Of a stretch of 64,000 bases of DNA, positions 1 through 12,581 are shown piece by piece. The stretch spans positions 124,001 to 188,000 of the forward strand of contig NIVC01000374.1 in assembly GCA_002269645.1 (NCBI GenBank). Direction: 5' to 3'. A model generated the notes under the pieces. The model was not told where the DNA came from and did not search any database. It saw only the letters and a program-made list of their open reading frames with translations. Source of the DNA: Macrostomum lignano. Lineage: Eukaryota. Every line of letters begins with the position of its first letter. The first letter of the stretch is position 1. Both the position numbers and the translations under genes were made by a program.

Positions 1-1204
1 CAGTACGGTGCCCAGCTACGCCATCATTGACTGCCGCTATCCCTACGAATTCTCAGGCGGCCACATTCAAGGCGCCGTCAACGTTTTTACTCAGGTTAGC
101 TTTCATTGTCAAAGTTATCCTGTTTTTTCTACTTATAGTAGAGTAGTTAGAAGTAAGTTTAAATTTTTATTTCTAAATTTAATTGAAATTTGGCTTGTAA
201 AGTAAATATCAATAATCTAAAGTTATCTACACTACATATCGACGTTTTGACTGCTCGCTTTCCAAACATTTTTTACCTAACAAATCCCAACTCAACCTTC
301 CCAGGAGGACCTTCTCCGCCGATTCCTCGAGCCGGCCAGCCAGGCTGCTGCAGTCCCGGCGACCAAGGCCTCTGTGTTAATCTTTCACTGCGAGTTCAGC
401 AGCGAACGGGCGCCAAAATTAGCGCGCTTTCTGCGTCAACGGGACCGCGAGGCCAACGTGTGCAATTATCCGGATTTGTTCTATCCAGAGGTCTACGTGC
501 TGCAAGGCGGTTACAAGGCCTTCTACGATGCGTTCAAGGTGAGCGGCTTGGGTGCTGTCAGGGGAGGGCTTCGACATGACAGGGCATCATTCTCTGGGCT
601 CGAGCATGTATTCTGCTCTCTACCCTTCTGTGCTTCCTTCTACTGTCTACCCCTCCTGTCTACCCCTCCTGTCTACCCCTCCTGTCTACCCTTCTACTGC
701 CTACCCCTCCTGCTCCTGTATACCCTTCCTACGGTCTACCCCTCCTGCTCCTGTCTATCCCTCCTGCTCCTGTCTACCCCTCCTGCTCCTGTCTACCCTT
801 CCTACTGTCCAGTGTCTACCCCTCCTGTTTACCCTTCTACTGCCTACCCCTCATGCTCCTGTCTACCCTTCCTACTGTCTACCCCTCCTGTTTACTCTTC
901 TACTGTCTACCCTTCGACTTTCCATGCTTCACTCTACTGTCTACCACTCTCTTCACCCTACCTCTTATTCTACTGCTACTAACACTAGTGGTCTTATCAA
1001 GGGGGAGCGTGTTAATACGCTGAACTACTCAACAACAACCAAAACTTGCAGTCGAACTGCCAGCCGGCAAAGTACGTGAAGATGGTTGACCCGGAGCACA
1101 AAGCCGAGCTGACCCATTTCCAGCGCCTGACCCGTTCCTGGGAGCGGCAGCACAGTCGCAGTAAGCACAGCCGACTCGTGGCCGCCAGCAAAGTTCTGTT
1201 CTAA
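1..1204 (+). CDS. CDC25: CDC25 dual-specificity phosphatase (M-phase inducer), 3' part. Exons <1-94, 305-538, 1052-1204 (stop)
   Basis: Hand-spliced with phase-0 GT-AG introns (CAG|gttagc, cccag|GAG; AAG|gtgagc, ttgcag|TCG). Gives [22 protein letters not shown]...[24 protein letters not shown]...[14 protein letters not shown]...CQPAKYVKM...RSW, i.e. the DCRYPYE motif and intact HCX5R active site of the CDC25 rhodanese domain. Confidence 0.95.
615..915 (+). repeat. Degenerate pyrimidine-rich minisatellite (TCTACCCCTCCTG / CTACTGTCTACCC) in CDC25 intron
   Basis: Directly visible tandem units inside intron 539-1051. Confidence 0.85.
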
Positions 1205-2404
1205 TTTAAATTGATTTTTTAACCGTTGACATTAATTTATAATAATTGATACCAGGACAGCTTGTACTGACCGGTTTTTGCTGCCTAAAAAATGTACGAT
1301 TTTAAGCGACAATTGATATTATAATTTATACCTTATTGTGAATTAAATTATTAAGAGTGAAAAAAAATTTAAGGAGTAAAAACCGGTCTGGAGCAAAAGC
1401 AACCGGTCTGGAGATCCCACTTTGTGCAACGCGGCTTGGCCTTTTTGTCTGCCGTGGTGTGTGTGCGTGTGTTTTGTAACAAAACTTGTGTAACGATTTA
1501 AAAGAAAAAAGTGATGTATAATTGCAAAATTAGCGCCATGTATAAAACACTAATTGACTAATTAATTAGCATCTTTTAGAACTATCGTAATTATTTATAG
1601 TACAGGTTGCAATGACATTTGTTCTCTAACACTTTGTGTGCCTCTGCCATAACACAAAAGGTGTTAGTTGGATTCATGAAGCATTCAAGTCCATTATTTC
1701 TAACGAACGGCTTTCGGAAAAATGTCTATTAAATTATAAGGGCCCAGTTATCTGTAAATCAATATTTGTTATATTTTTTGTAATATTTTGAATGTTGTCA
1801 TTAATATTTTTTGCAAAATTTGTTTATTCTCTTGCGCTATCCGCCGGTAAATTGGAAAAAATGTGCATATTATTTATATCTACAATACTAGCTACTAACA
1901 GCAGTGTATTGCGAAAAAAATCTATTTTATCAAAATATGTATAAAATGTATGGAACTTCTTTTCTAAGCATCTGTTTTAGCCATACTCTAGCCTTATTTA
2001 AAATCATTAGAAAAATTGCAAAAATAGCTATAATAAGCATTTACATTTGTCATTGCGCCTTATTAACTGGCGTTAGTTTTATTAGTTTTATTATAAATTG
2101 CTTCCTCAATCAATCTTGCTGTGTTGATCAGCGGTAACCAACTAATTGGATTCCAAGCATTTCCACAATTAGCGCAACTGTTAATAAAATTTGACTGTTT
2201 TAAAATCAAATAACTTGTCGATGATGTTAAAATATAATTGTTGAAGGTATGTATGATGCCAGCAAGTTTGGAAGCAAAAATTTTAATTGCATATCGCATC
2301 ATTTGTAATTGCAAGTTACATCAGTTTTTGTCGTCGTTTCAACTAAATTTTTAAATCCTTTTTACCTCAAATATCTCCAATGAGGAAACAATAAAAGATT
2401 CGTG

Positions 2405-2960
2405 AGGGAAGGGCTAGGGTCGAATGGAAAGGGGTAGAGTGGAGCGTGAAGGGCTAGGGTGAAGTGGGAAGGGGTAGGGTGAAGTGGGAAGGGGTAGGGT
2501 GGAGTGGGAACGGGTAGGGTGAAGTGGGAAGGGGTAGGGTGGAGTGGTAAGGGGTAGGGTAGAGAGGGGTACAGAGAGTAAGGTGGGAAGGGTTGAGTCG
2601 AGTGGGAAGGGGTAGGGTTAAAGTGAAAAGGGGTAGGGTGAATTGGGAAGGGGTAGGGTGACTTAGAAAGGGGTAGGGTGAAGTGGTAAGGGGTAGGGTG
2701 AAGTGGGAAAGGGGTACAGAGTAAGGTGGGAAGGGTTGAGTCGAGTGTGAAAGGATAGGGTAGAGTGCGAAGAGGTAGATTGGAGTGGGTAGGGGTAGGG
2801 TGAGGTGGGAAGGGGTAGGATGATTTGGGAAGGGGTAGGGTGAAGTGGTAAGGGGTAGGGTGAATTGGGAAGGGGTAGGGTGGAGTGGGAAGGGGTAGGT
2901 AGGGTGAAGTGGGAAAGGGGTAGAGTAAGGTGGGAAAGGTTGGGTCGAGTGGGAAGGGGT
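2405..2960 (+). repeat. G-rich ~21 bp minisatellite (AAGGGGTAGGGTGAAGTGGGA)
   Basis: Directly visible; purine-rich + strand with multiple G3-G4 runs per unit. Confidence 0.9.
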
Positions 2961-3840
2961 AAGACTAGTAGGAGTCCGGAGAACGGCACTGCAAAAAACA
3001 GCATTTTTCTGGGTAACAATTCGATCGAAACACTGCAGACTCGTTTTATTTGCAAATCGCGGGAGTACAGAAAGTGAGAGGTTATTAAGAATTTTTAGTG
3101 CTTAAACTAGAAATCTGGGCCCTCTCCCACACAGAAAGGAATAAATTATTTTAAACTACGTAATACTTTTCCGACAGTATCCTGCAGGCCAGTCAATTAT
3201 AAGTGTGCAAAGCAATACAAAGCAATTAAAACAAAGCATGCTCAGCTTAACAGATTGAGCCCTCCATGAGCAGGTGGAGCGGCTCTGCTGACTATCAACT
3301 GTCTCTTGTCATCCCAGCAAGGGGCCAGGGTTTCACAATTGATGGGTTCGGCCTTTTTAAGCCTATAGCTTCGGGCCTCAGAACTCAGCAATGAATCTCT
3401 TAGAACTCTGGCCTCTCTCACTCCTGTCAGATGGTCAGCCCCGTGGTAGCAAGATTGTGGGCGAGCAGCAAGGTCCTATAGCTAAGAGAAGACAGCGAGA
3501 GACAAGCAGGGAGAATTTGAAAGGTAGAGATTAGCTAATCCACAGATTAACTGACCCGCTGCCACCAGTCCGTGCGCCCCGGCTCACCAAACCAGAGCTA
3601 TCGAAATCGGACTTCCGACTAGAGGGGCACTGCATTACCTGCCATCTAGTGTCTTTTAGCTGTCTATATCTCGAAGTCATAGCTGAATAGAAGGGACGCT
3701 GCTGGGACTAAGATCGCATTGGCCATGCAGGGACAGAGAGGACTTCTGCAGGGGGTTCTTGCGCTGGCGAGCCTTTATACACCACTAAATGTACTATTTC
3801 ATTACCGAATTCCCAGAAGTACATGTTCAAGTACACGTAA

Positions 3841-6800
3841 CTGCACACTTTTGGCACTAAATTTGAGCTTTTCGATACTCAGAAAGAGCCACACAACCTC
3901 TCAGCACGGTGGGCAGAATGGGCCAACCGATTCAAGTGCTTTGTGACTGCAAGCGGCATAACAGATGCAAGTCAACAACGAGAGATTCTACTTTACGTCG
4001 GCGGCAAACAGGTGGCTGAAGCGTAAGCAGAACTCACGAAGACAGGCAAGACCCTCGAAGAGCTCCTGGACGCCCTCAGAGAGCACTTCAAGAGCAGGCA
4101 CAACCCGGTATTCGTGCGATAGGAATTCCGGCACTGCACGCAGCAGCTTGGCGAAGCCATCAACGCCTGGGTGCAACGGCTGTTCAAGGCTGCAGAAGGC
4201 TGTGAATTCGAGACTCAGCGGGATCTCATCATCCGAGACCAAATTGTCGCCGGCTGCCAGTCAGACCAGCTCCGGCGCAGGTTGCTGCAGAAACCCAATA
4301 TCCAGCTCAAAGAAGCGCTGCAGCAAGCCAGGGCATTCGAGGCGGCCGACCTTCAATCTGCAGTCATCGAAGCGCGGAAGAGCGAATCTGTGAACGCAAT
4401 GCGGCGTATCGAGAATCCAGACCGACCGGAGCGAACCAGAACAAAGTGCATCCGCTGTGGAAAGTCAGGCCACCGAACGTGCGAGGCGGCCAGAGGAAAG
4501 ACGTGTCGGAACTGCAACAAGGTCGGCCACCTGGCAAAAGCGTGCTTGTCCAAACCCGCAAGCTCCAGAAAGGTGCACGCCATTGCCGAGGAGCAGCCGA
4601 GTGATCAGCAACAGCGAGACAGTGAGAGCAGCTGCGAGGTGTTCTGCCTGACGCCACAGCGTAAGCGACTGCCGCTCGTTAGAGCAGACATCAACGGCCA
4701 CGCCACAGACCTGCTAATCGACAGCGGCGCCAGCTGCAATCTAATGGACTCAAAAACTTTCAAGGCCATCGGAAGCACGGCAGACGACCTTCGCGAGTCA
4801 AGGCAGCGGGTCTTCCCGTTTGGCTCCAGTGAACCCCTCACCACTCTTGGCAAAGCGACCCTCCGGACCGCCGTTTATGACGTCAGCGCCAGCATTAGCT
4901 ACATCATCGTCAAGGAGACGGGCACGACGATCGTGGGCCGCGAAACCAGCGAGGAGGTGGGAATCCTACGCATCGGACCAAGCAACCCCAGCGTCTGTCA
5001 TCTGAAAGACTCTGGTGAGTTCCATGAGCCACTCAGCGCTGCATTGGCGGCCGCAGCGACGGAGGCAGACGATCAGGCAATGCCACAGCACGAGCGCCTC
5101 AGCAACATTATCAACCTTCAGGCAGCGATTTGTGGGAATTGGGTGCGTCAAGGACGTTGAAGTCGGCATCCACCTGCAAGACGGAGCCGTGCCGGTCTGC
5201 CATCCGCCAAGTCGCATCTCCGTGCATCTGCGGGAGGCTGCGCAGCGCGAGCTCGACGATCAACTGCAGGCTGGAATAATCGAGAAAGTGACCGGACCGT
5301 CCGAATGGGTGGCACGAATAGTTGTTGTCCCGAAGTCGCAGCCTGGCCAAGTGCGCATTACCCAAGATCTGCGAGATGTGAACAAGTTCTTAGTGCCTGA
5401 GAAACAGCCCATACCAACTTTTGAAGAGGTCACTGATGAAATGGCCGGTGCGCGCTACTTCCCCGAGTTGGACATCAACAAGGCGTTCCACCAGATCCGC
5501 GTCCGAGAAGACTCGCGCCATCTGCTAACATTTTCGCCGCCGAAGGGTCTCATGAGACTGACGCACCTGTGCATGGGCTTTACGTCAGCGTCTGAGATTC
5601 TACAACGAGTCATGACCAGCGTGCTCGGTGGGCTTCCAGGAGTCCGCTGGGTACATGACGACATTATCATCTATGCAAGCTCCATCATTGAGCACAACCA
5701 GCGGCTAGCGGCAACCTTGCAAAGGCTAGAAGAGCACAACATCACCTTAAATCCTGCAAAGTGCAAGTTCGCCGTCAAGGAGGCCAAGTTTCTCGCTATG
5801 CGCCTGTCCGAGAAGGGCATCCAACCGACAGACGAGAAGGTGAGCGCTGTGAAAGCATTCAGAGCACCGAAAAACGCGTCCGAAGTGAGGTCCTTTCTCG
5901 GCCTTGTGGCTTTTGTCAGTCGCTTTATCCCAGCCCTGTCAGACATAGCCAAGCCCCTGCGAGATCTGACCAGAAAGGATGCTCCGTGGTCCTGGGGAGC
6001 GGCTGAGGAGACTGCTTTCAGCGCCATCAAGAACTCGATCTCCGCGAGCAGCACACTGGCATTCTTTGACAAGCGCAGACCCACAGAAGTGATCGTGGAT
6101 GCCAGCCCGACGGGACTCGGAGCGATCCTCAGCCAACAGCAGCCAGACGGCAGCCTGCGACCGATCGCCTACGCAAGCCGCGCACTGTCAGCGGTGGAGA
6201 CGCGCTATTTTCAGACGGAAAGACAAGCCCTCGCCGTCAAATTCGGTTGCCTGCGCTTCCGCCATTACCTCAGTGGTTCGTCCGGTTTCCGGGTCGTCAC
6301 TGACCACAAGCCGCTGGTGCACCTATTTAAGCCAGGATCGCATCCGCCACCAAGAATCGAGAGGATGGCACTGAGCATCCAGGACCTGATGTTCGAGACA
6401 ATGTACAGGCCAGGCTCGACCAATCCCAGTGACGTCCTAAGCCGGCAAATCTTCCCAGCATCAGCGGTCTCCAGCGCCGAAGCAACCAGGGACAACCACT
6501 ACATCAACAGCATTGCCGAGGATTCGACCCCAAAGGGACTGGCGCTGCAACAGCTTAAGGATGCAACAGCGAGAGACGGAGCCCTCCAAGCAGCCATCTC
6601 AGCACTCCGAGATCAGCACTGCAAGTGGGATCTCCGAGAGACTACCCTGCGGTCGCTGCACGCAGTCAAGCAGGAGCTCTCCGCAGCAGACGGAATCCTA
6701 CTGAGAGGCCAGCGCATCGTCATCCCCGAAGCGCTGCAGCTGACGGTGCTGCGGCTCGCTCACTAAGGACACCAGGGAGCAAAGAAGACGCAGGCGAGGT

Positions 6801-7761
6801 TATCGGCGAAGGTCTGGTGGCCCGGTATGGCAGGACAGGCGCAGCGGATGTGCAACGTCTGCCTCCCGTGTCAAGCTGCGAGTCATCAGGCCGAAGTTCC
6901 AGCAGCGCCGTTGCAAGCCACACCACTGCCACCGCATGCCTGGCACACCCTGGGCATCGACTTCACCGGGCCAGTGCAAAACAAGCATCTACTCGTCATA
7001 GTTGACCGTTTCTCCCGCTATCCGATAGTCATCAGCATGTCGTCCATGACAGCCGAGGCGGTCACCAAGCAGCTCCGGAAGCTATTCTCCACGTTCGGCA
7101 GACCAGCGCAGCTCGTCTCAGACAACGGGCCCCCGTTCAGCTCGCAAGCCTTCCACGACTTCCTCCGCAGCAACGGCGTGCAGCACCGCTCCATCACTCC
7201 GTACCACCCGGCAGCAGATGGAGTCACCGAACGCATCAACCGCTCGATTAACAAGATCATCCGCATCGCACGCATCGAGAAATCCGACTGGCGGGCCGCA
7301 ATCGAAGACTGGCTGGAGGCCTACCGCAACACGCCGCACAGCAGCACTGGAGCCACCCCTGCGGAGCTGATGTTCCAGCGACAGGTGCAAGACTGCATCC
7401 CCAGCATGCAGCAGCGCAGCCGAGTGCCCAGCACTTTGGCCGCGGTCAGGGCTCGCGACAGCGCCGCCAAACAACGGATGGCGCGCGATGCAGATGAGCG
7501 CCGAAGAGCCGCCAGCCACAATGTCATAGCAGGCGACTCGGTGCTGCGCAGGCGGCGCCCTGCCTCCAAAATGCAGTCGTCGAGGCCGTTAAAGGCGACT
7601 CCCTCATCCTGCGCAGAGCGCACGAGTCCTGCATGCGCCACATCACGGACCACAAGCGCCTGCCGACGGCCGACTTCCCGCCACCGCCGCCCACGCCGCC
7701 ACCGACCGAAGGCAGGTCGAAGTCACCCGAGTCCGCTGCGGGCTCACCCACGTGCGTGTAA
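3841..7761 (+). pseudogene. Disrupted gag-pol polyprotein
   Basis: In-frame stops at 4024-4026 (TAA), 4120-4122 (TAG) and 6764-6766 (TAA within integrase H[E]GH); frameshift near 5116 (aac c ttc); apparent deletion/frameshift near 7580, after which EAVKGDSLILRR...MRHITDHKRL continues in another frame to TAA 7759-7761. Confidence 0.88.
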
Positions 7762-7873
7762 AAGCCGACCAATGAGTTTAAACTACTGAGCTAATTGACT
7801 GACTTTGCGAGAAACTGACTGATCTTTTAAATTTTACAAGCAAACTGTGCGCTCCCTATTTTTGGTAAAGGGG
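3841..7873 (+). mobile_element. Decayed Ty3/Gypsy LTR retrotransposon, internal region (no LTR pair recognised)
   Basis: Domain order gag (CX2CX4HX4C: CRNCNKVGHLAKAC) - protease (LLIDSGAS) - RT (LDINKAFHQI, VHDDIII) - RNase H (VDASPTGLGAIL, TDHKPL) - integrase (H*GHQG, GIDFTGP, SDNGPPF, DGVTERINR) is the Gypsy order. A short purine tract AAAGGGG (7867-7873) followed by TG may be the PPT. Confidence 0.92.
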
Positions 7874-7944
7874 TGTCCCTGCCGGTCTCGTTTTATTTTT
7901 AATCTTCAGCTGCATAGCTTTTAGCTTTTGCCTCAAAGGCCAAA

Positions 7945-8115
7945 TATTCGCAAATAATGCTCGTATTTATATTCGAAACTAATGCTTGTTTTTATATTCG
8001 AAACTAATTCTCGTTTTTATATTCGAAACTAATGCTCGTTTTTACATTCGAAACTAATGCTCGTTTTTATATTCGAAACTAATGCTCGTTTTATATTCGA
8101 AACTAATGCTCGTGT
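7945..8115 (+). repeat. ~25 bp tandem repeat (TATTCGAAACTAATGCTCGTTTTTA), about 6 copies
   Basis: Directly visible. Confidence 0.9.
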
Positions 8116-8596
8116 CTATTTTCATAAGCAATGCTCATTTGATCGTAACTAATGCTTAAATTCTTATCCATGCTCATATTTGTGTTTTTGCCCTAATGAA
8201 TATTCGTTCTCACATCCGTATATTTTAATACTATTAATTCACATCCATTCCCCTCTGATTCCCACTTCGAAATGTCTACTACTTAGCTTCCCATTTGCTC
8301 TTATCTCCTAACTTTTATCCGCTTGGGAAGGATGTTGGCCGTACACCCTTTAACTCTCTGACCCTAAAGTGCACAATGCCTGCCCCCGTCGCTCTGCAGC
8401 CAATCAGCTTGCACGCTTCTTGTTTATCAGGCGCAACTCCACCCCACGCAAATATCGATTTCTAAATATATATATTGCATGGCGCTCAGGGCCGCGCAGT
8501 GGCCAAGCCTTTTCTTACCCCTAAAACAAATCTACAGTCGGCAGGACCGGCCAAAGCCAAGGTCAGGGTGTGCCGGAAGGCAGGAAGTCGGTCGGC

Positions 8597-8760
8597 CATT
8601 TTCGAGCGCGGGTCAAGTTGCCGCCTTTTATAGCTCTCATGCGGCCGATTTGTTATAACGCGCGCCGAATTTTCTGATTGGCTGAGAGCTTTTGTTAAAA
8701 TAGGCGCCGAATTTTCTGATTGGACGAGCCGGGGGCAGTCAGGTCGTCTCTGATTGGCTG
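8597..8760 (-). promoter_or_regulatory. Putative minus-strand core promoter: three CCAAT boxes, duplicated E2F-like site, TATA box
   Basis: ATTGG at 8677-8681, 8719-8723 and 8753-8757 (CCAATCA/CCAATCAG on minus); 20 bp direct repeat GCGCCGAATTTTCTGATTGG; TATAAAAG on minus at 8632-8625. Motif matches only. Confidence 0.4.
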
Positions 8761-10092
8761 AGCTCAAGACCCCAAAACCCACCCCACCAGGTGGCCTTCA
8801 GACCCCAGGGAAGTTGACAGGTGCGGTAATAAATCATGTGCAAAGGATAATAAAAGTCACTTGTCTAGACATCCTGGCGCCAAAAGTGACTGCAAAACGC
8901 CCTTAAATCAAAGGAGAAGGTAACAGAGCGAGTGGGGAGAAAGCTGGAAAGACCTCTTTGACCCAGACAGGCTGGAGCCAAAGTGACAGCTAGACCGCCA
9001 TAAGTCACTAAAAAACAGTGAAAAAGTCTCAAATCAGGGGTCAGAATGCGATTAAAAACATTCCTCCCAGATGTAGTGTCGCCTGTCTAGACTGTTAGAG
9101 GTCAATCCGCCTCAGACCCAGACAGTCTGACCTTCAAAGATGCGTAAACAATCCAAAATTAGAATCCTAACGGAAGTACCTTACCTTGAGTATCTAACAT
9201 AAATAATAATAATGTCATAAATTATAGAACTCCGCCTAGATGAGAGAATAGAGAGAAAATCTAAGTTAGCCTACTGAACAGTAGGGGAAAGAGCGCATCA
9301 AAGCAAAAGGTGCGGTTTTAAGATTGAAAAAATGCGTCCTCATCACAATAATCAATTTCCACAATTGGTCTGTGTTCAATTACATGTACTAGCAGAGATT
9401 TATGTTATGTTTTGTTAGAGGCAGGGGGCTGCGTGCACCCTGGCGCACTTTAAGCGACATAGGCACACAACCGGCGAGAGGCATTACTGCCCATTCCGCC
9501 GACTCCCCTGAGCAGACATACAAGCGCGCGGATACGTACGCAGCACACACTCACACAGGAGTGTACGTGTACAGCGGCCCTAACTTTATTTTATCGTTAG
9601 GCATGTACACTTCACTGCGCCTTGCTTGGGGGGGTACGTTGGCTCTCAAGGCCGTTAATTGCACGAGCAGAGCCAAGCCGAGATTCCAATTCAGCCCCAA
9701 ATTAATCTGACTGCACTTGGAATCGAGCCTGGGGCACACCAGAGCAGCTCGCTACCGCTGGGCTACGGCTCCCCCATTTACTGGTAGAGATACAACAGAC
9801 CAGTCCCGTTCGGCCGTACATGTAGCTCTGTGTTTGTAGGCATTATTATATGATTGATGATTTAAATAGAATCCTCCTTTATTAATATATTAATAATAGT
9901 AATAGTAAGTAAGGCTCTAACAATTAGTAATAATGTTTTCTATTTTAAATCCTTGTTTGTCCCTAGCTCAGTCAATACTTAATCTTAGCTTTGATTGGTG
10001 GCAGCGACTCTACCTTTCGACACTATATTTAGGAAGAAAATATTTTGGGGAGGAACTCCAATAAATCAAGGAATATATTTTGCATATCTATC

Positions 10093-10789
10093 AGAGGGTG
10101 CTGACCAATTCGGTGACAAACAAATTCAGCGACTGAAATTCACTGGACAAATTCGGTAAAAGCAGATTCGGCAACAACCTAGTCGCTTTCGGCGACAAAA
10201 CAATTTTGTATAATCCTAATTATTATTTTAGTACAATTTGGTATTAAAATTTGCATTTTAGCTATCTTTCCTTTTAATTGCGTTTGTTTTATCGATTATT
10301 ATCCCTGTACTTTTCAAATGTATTTTCCAAGAAATGTTCTTTTGGTTAAAGATCTGCGCAATGTCCTATTTTTGTGGAACAAAATTTCTTATATCAAAGC
10401 CAAAAGTCATGCAAGAGTTTAGTGGCTAGAGTCTTAAGACACCTCTTTGCCAGTATAGTATCAATTGACAGTAATTCTTGGACTTGATGTACACTTTTCT
10501 ACAGTGCGCTCAGCTGACGAATGACGATGCACACCTCATTCCCTCGTACATCGTACTCAAGTTTAAGACGTGTTGTACGTCTGTCGTCTTGTACACACAC
10601 AGTACTGTTAACGAAGGGGATAGGGGTTAGTCTGACAGATGGCTTATATCTGAAGCCTCATGGGTGCAATCAGTAAATAGGACTTACTTACAAAGACTGT
10701 CGCCGAAATTGCTTTCACCAAATTTTTCCATGTTAGGGCCTAATTTTTGTCGCCGAATTTGTTTGTTGCTAAATTTGCCTACATCCTCT
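10093..10789. mobile_element. Degenerate MITE-like inverted-repeat element
   Basis: Left arm CCAATTCGGTGACAAACAAATTCAGCGAC matches the reverse complement of the right arm (CAAATTTAGCAACAAACAAATTCGGCGAC) at 23/29 by hand; TTCGGCGACAAAA (~10188-10200) vs TTTTGTCGCCGAA (~10745-10757). No coding capacity; TSD not identified. Confidence 0.5.
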
Positions 10790-12581
10790 ACTACAGTATT
10801 AGACCATCTCAAGGTAATGAAAATGCCCAATCAACCAGTAATAACCATGGCCATGCAGTAGCCTTAGGCCATTATTATCTGGCTACCATAGGAGAAGTTA
10901 GGCCTAATTGGAATAGTACCTAGGTAGCTAGGCCTAAGCCAAGCTAAAGAGAAAGAGAATTGTGTCAGAAACTTAGGCCAAGTCTTCATTGGTTGAAAAG
11001 TGCAAAGACTAGGCCTATAACTGTGTGCAATGATGCATGTCCAATTTATTTTAATATAGAAATGTAGATGATGTAGAGCAAATTTGTCTATTGTCTTCTA
11101 AACATTGTCTTCTAATTTGTCTTCTAAATTGTATTTCATTTTATAAATACTTTACTAATACAAAAGTCTATGTTTGTAACTCTGCAATTTTCTAGTCCCA
11201 AGTCTAGAATAAGAAAGGAAGGAATTTTAAGTTCATAGCCTTGAAGTCTCATAGTTCGGCCTTTATTTTTATATACTTATAGTAGCATTTATAAATTGAG
11301 TCTATAATTGTTTTTATTGGTAGATGACAAACTGACCAAACTCTAAAACATGCCAATTGGTTAGAGTTAAATGACAATAGACAAAGTATCCTATTTTCAA
11401 AGTAGATGCCAAAAGTATAAGATTTATAATAGTAATAAGGGCTGCCCTCGCCCTCAAGTCCCCTTTCTTGTGCCAGACTATGCTAATATGCTAGATTGCA
11501 CTTGCATTACCAAGGCCAATCAATGTTGGACATTGTCTATAATAATGGTCATTGATTGCAATAGAGACCCTAATAGAAATAGATGTCTTTTTTATTTGGT
11601 ATCAATATTTAGGCATACAGGTTAGGGATATTAGGGATATTAGGGATATATAGTTAACCATTTACCCATTTATTAAGTGGCAATCTCTAATAGTATGTAT
11701 AATTTGATAAGCCTTTCCTTTTAAGCCATGGCTTATCTTTAACTCAGTCTTATTTTCCTTTAATGCTAGGCCTATAAACAATTCTTAATTGACCTTTGGC
11801 AGCTTAATAACCCTTTTCCCTTATAAGCTATAGCATTTTAGTAATCCTCTAAGTAATTCTATGTCCCAGCAATTCATCCCAGGAGCCTTGACATCTCATT
11901 AGTTCTATTTGGTATATCAAGACTTAACATAGCCTAATATAATAATAACTAATTTTCATCATGTCTTATTGTCATAGACACCATAGTTCAGATTGTGTAT
12001 TAGTGTATGCTGGGTCTAATGCTAGAAAAAAGATGACACCATATATGATAAGACTAAAAAATGTTTCCACCATGTCATGTACACCAGGATGTATGCTGAT
12101 ATATGCTAAAAATAGCAAGTAACTTTGCCCTTTCATATCACCTTAACTATGGTATAGACAGAGATAGACATTCCAATTTTTGCTAGGATTTTGGCTTTTA
12201 GGAGTGGGATTCTATTCTAATATGTTAACTTGTTAAGCATATATAAAGTTCAAATAGGTATCAAAATGTTTTGGATTGGCTAGTATTGGGATCACAATTT
12301 TTAAAGGGATTTTGCACAGCCTCTGGCCGATCCAGTTGGCTTGCGAGGGGCCCAGCCAAGGCAAGCTGCAAAAATACCCACCCCAAAATACAGACAGTGC
12401 TAAATAGATGCTGAGGCATTTAATTTTAATAATACAGTTATAGTTACTCCCGCCGTTTACCCAAAATTCTGTAAGTTTTGCTTGTTTAGTACAGTGATTA
12501 TATATGATTTGAAAAAATATTACAATCACTTATTTAATGATTGTTTGCCTGCACTTCTGTAAAAATCTTATTTTAAATAAG

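Noticed and set aside
383-420. CDC25 active-site variant ERAP instead of ERGP
   Set aside because: The catalytic CX5R is intact and Ala at this position occurs in other CDC25s; not remarkable.
5116-5117. Programmed frameshift between protease and RT
   Set aside because: No slippery heptamer seen, and the element has several other lesions, so simple decay is more likely.
3000-8300. LTR pair flanking the Gypsy internal region
   Set aside because: Only a 12 nt match between flanks; no PBS or TSD found.
10860-11020. Cluster of TAGGCCTA palindromes
   Set aside because: Short, irregularly spaced, with no larger structure I can support.
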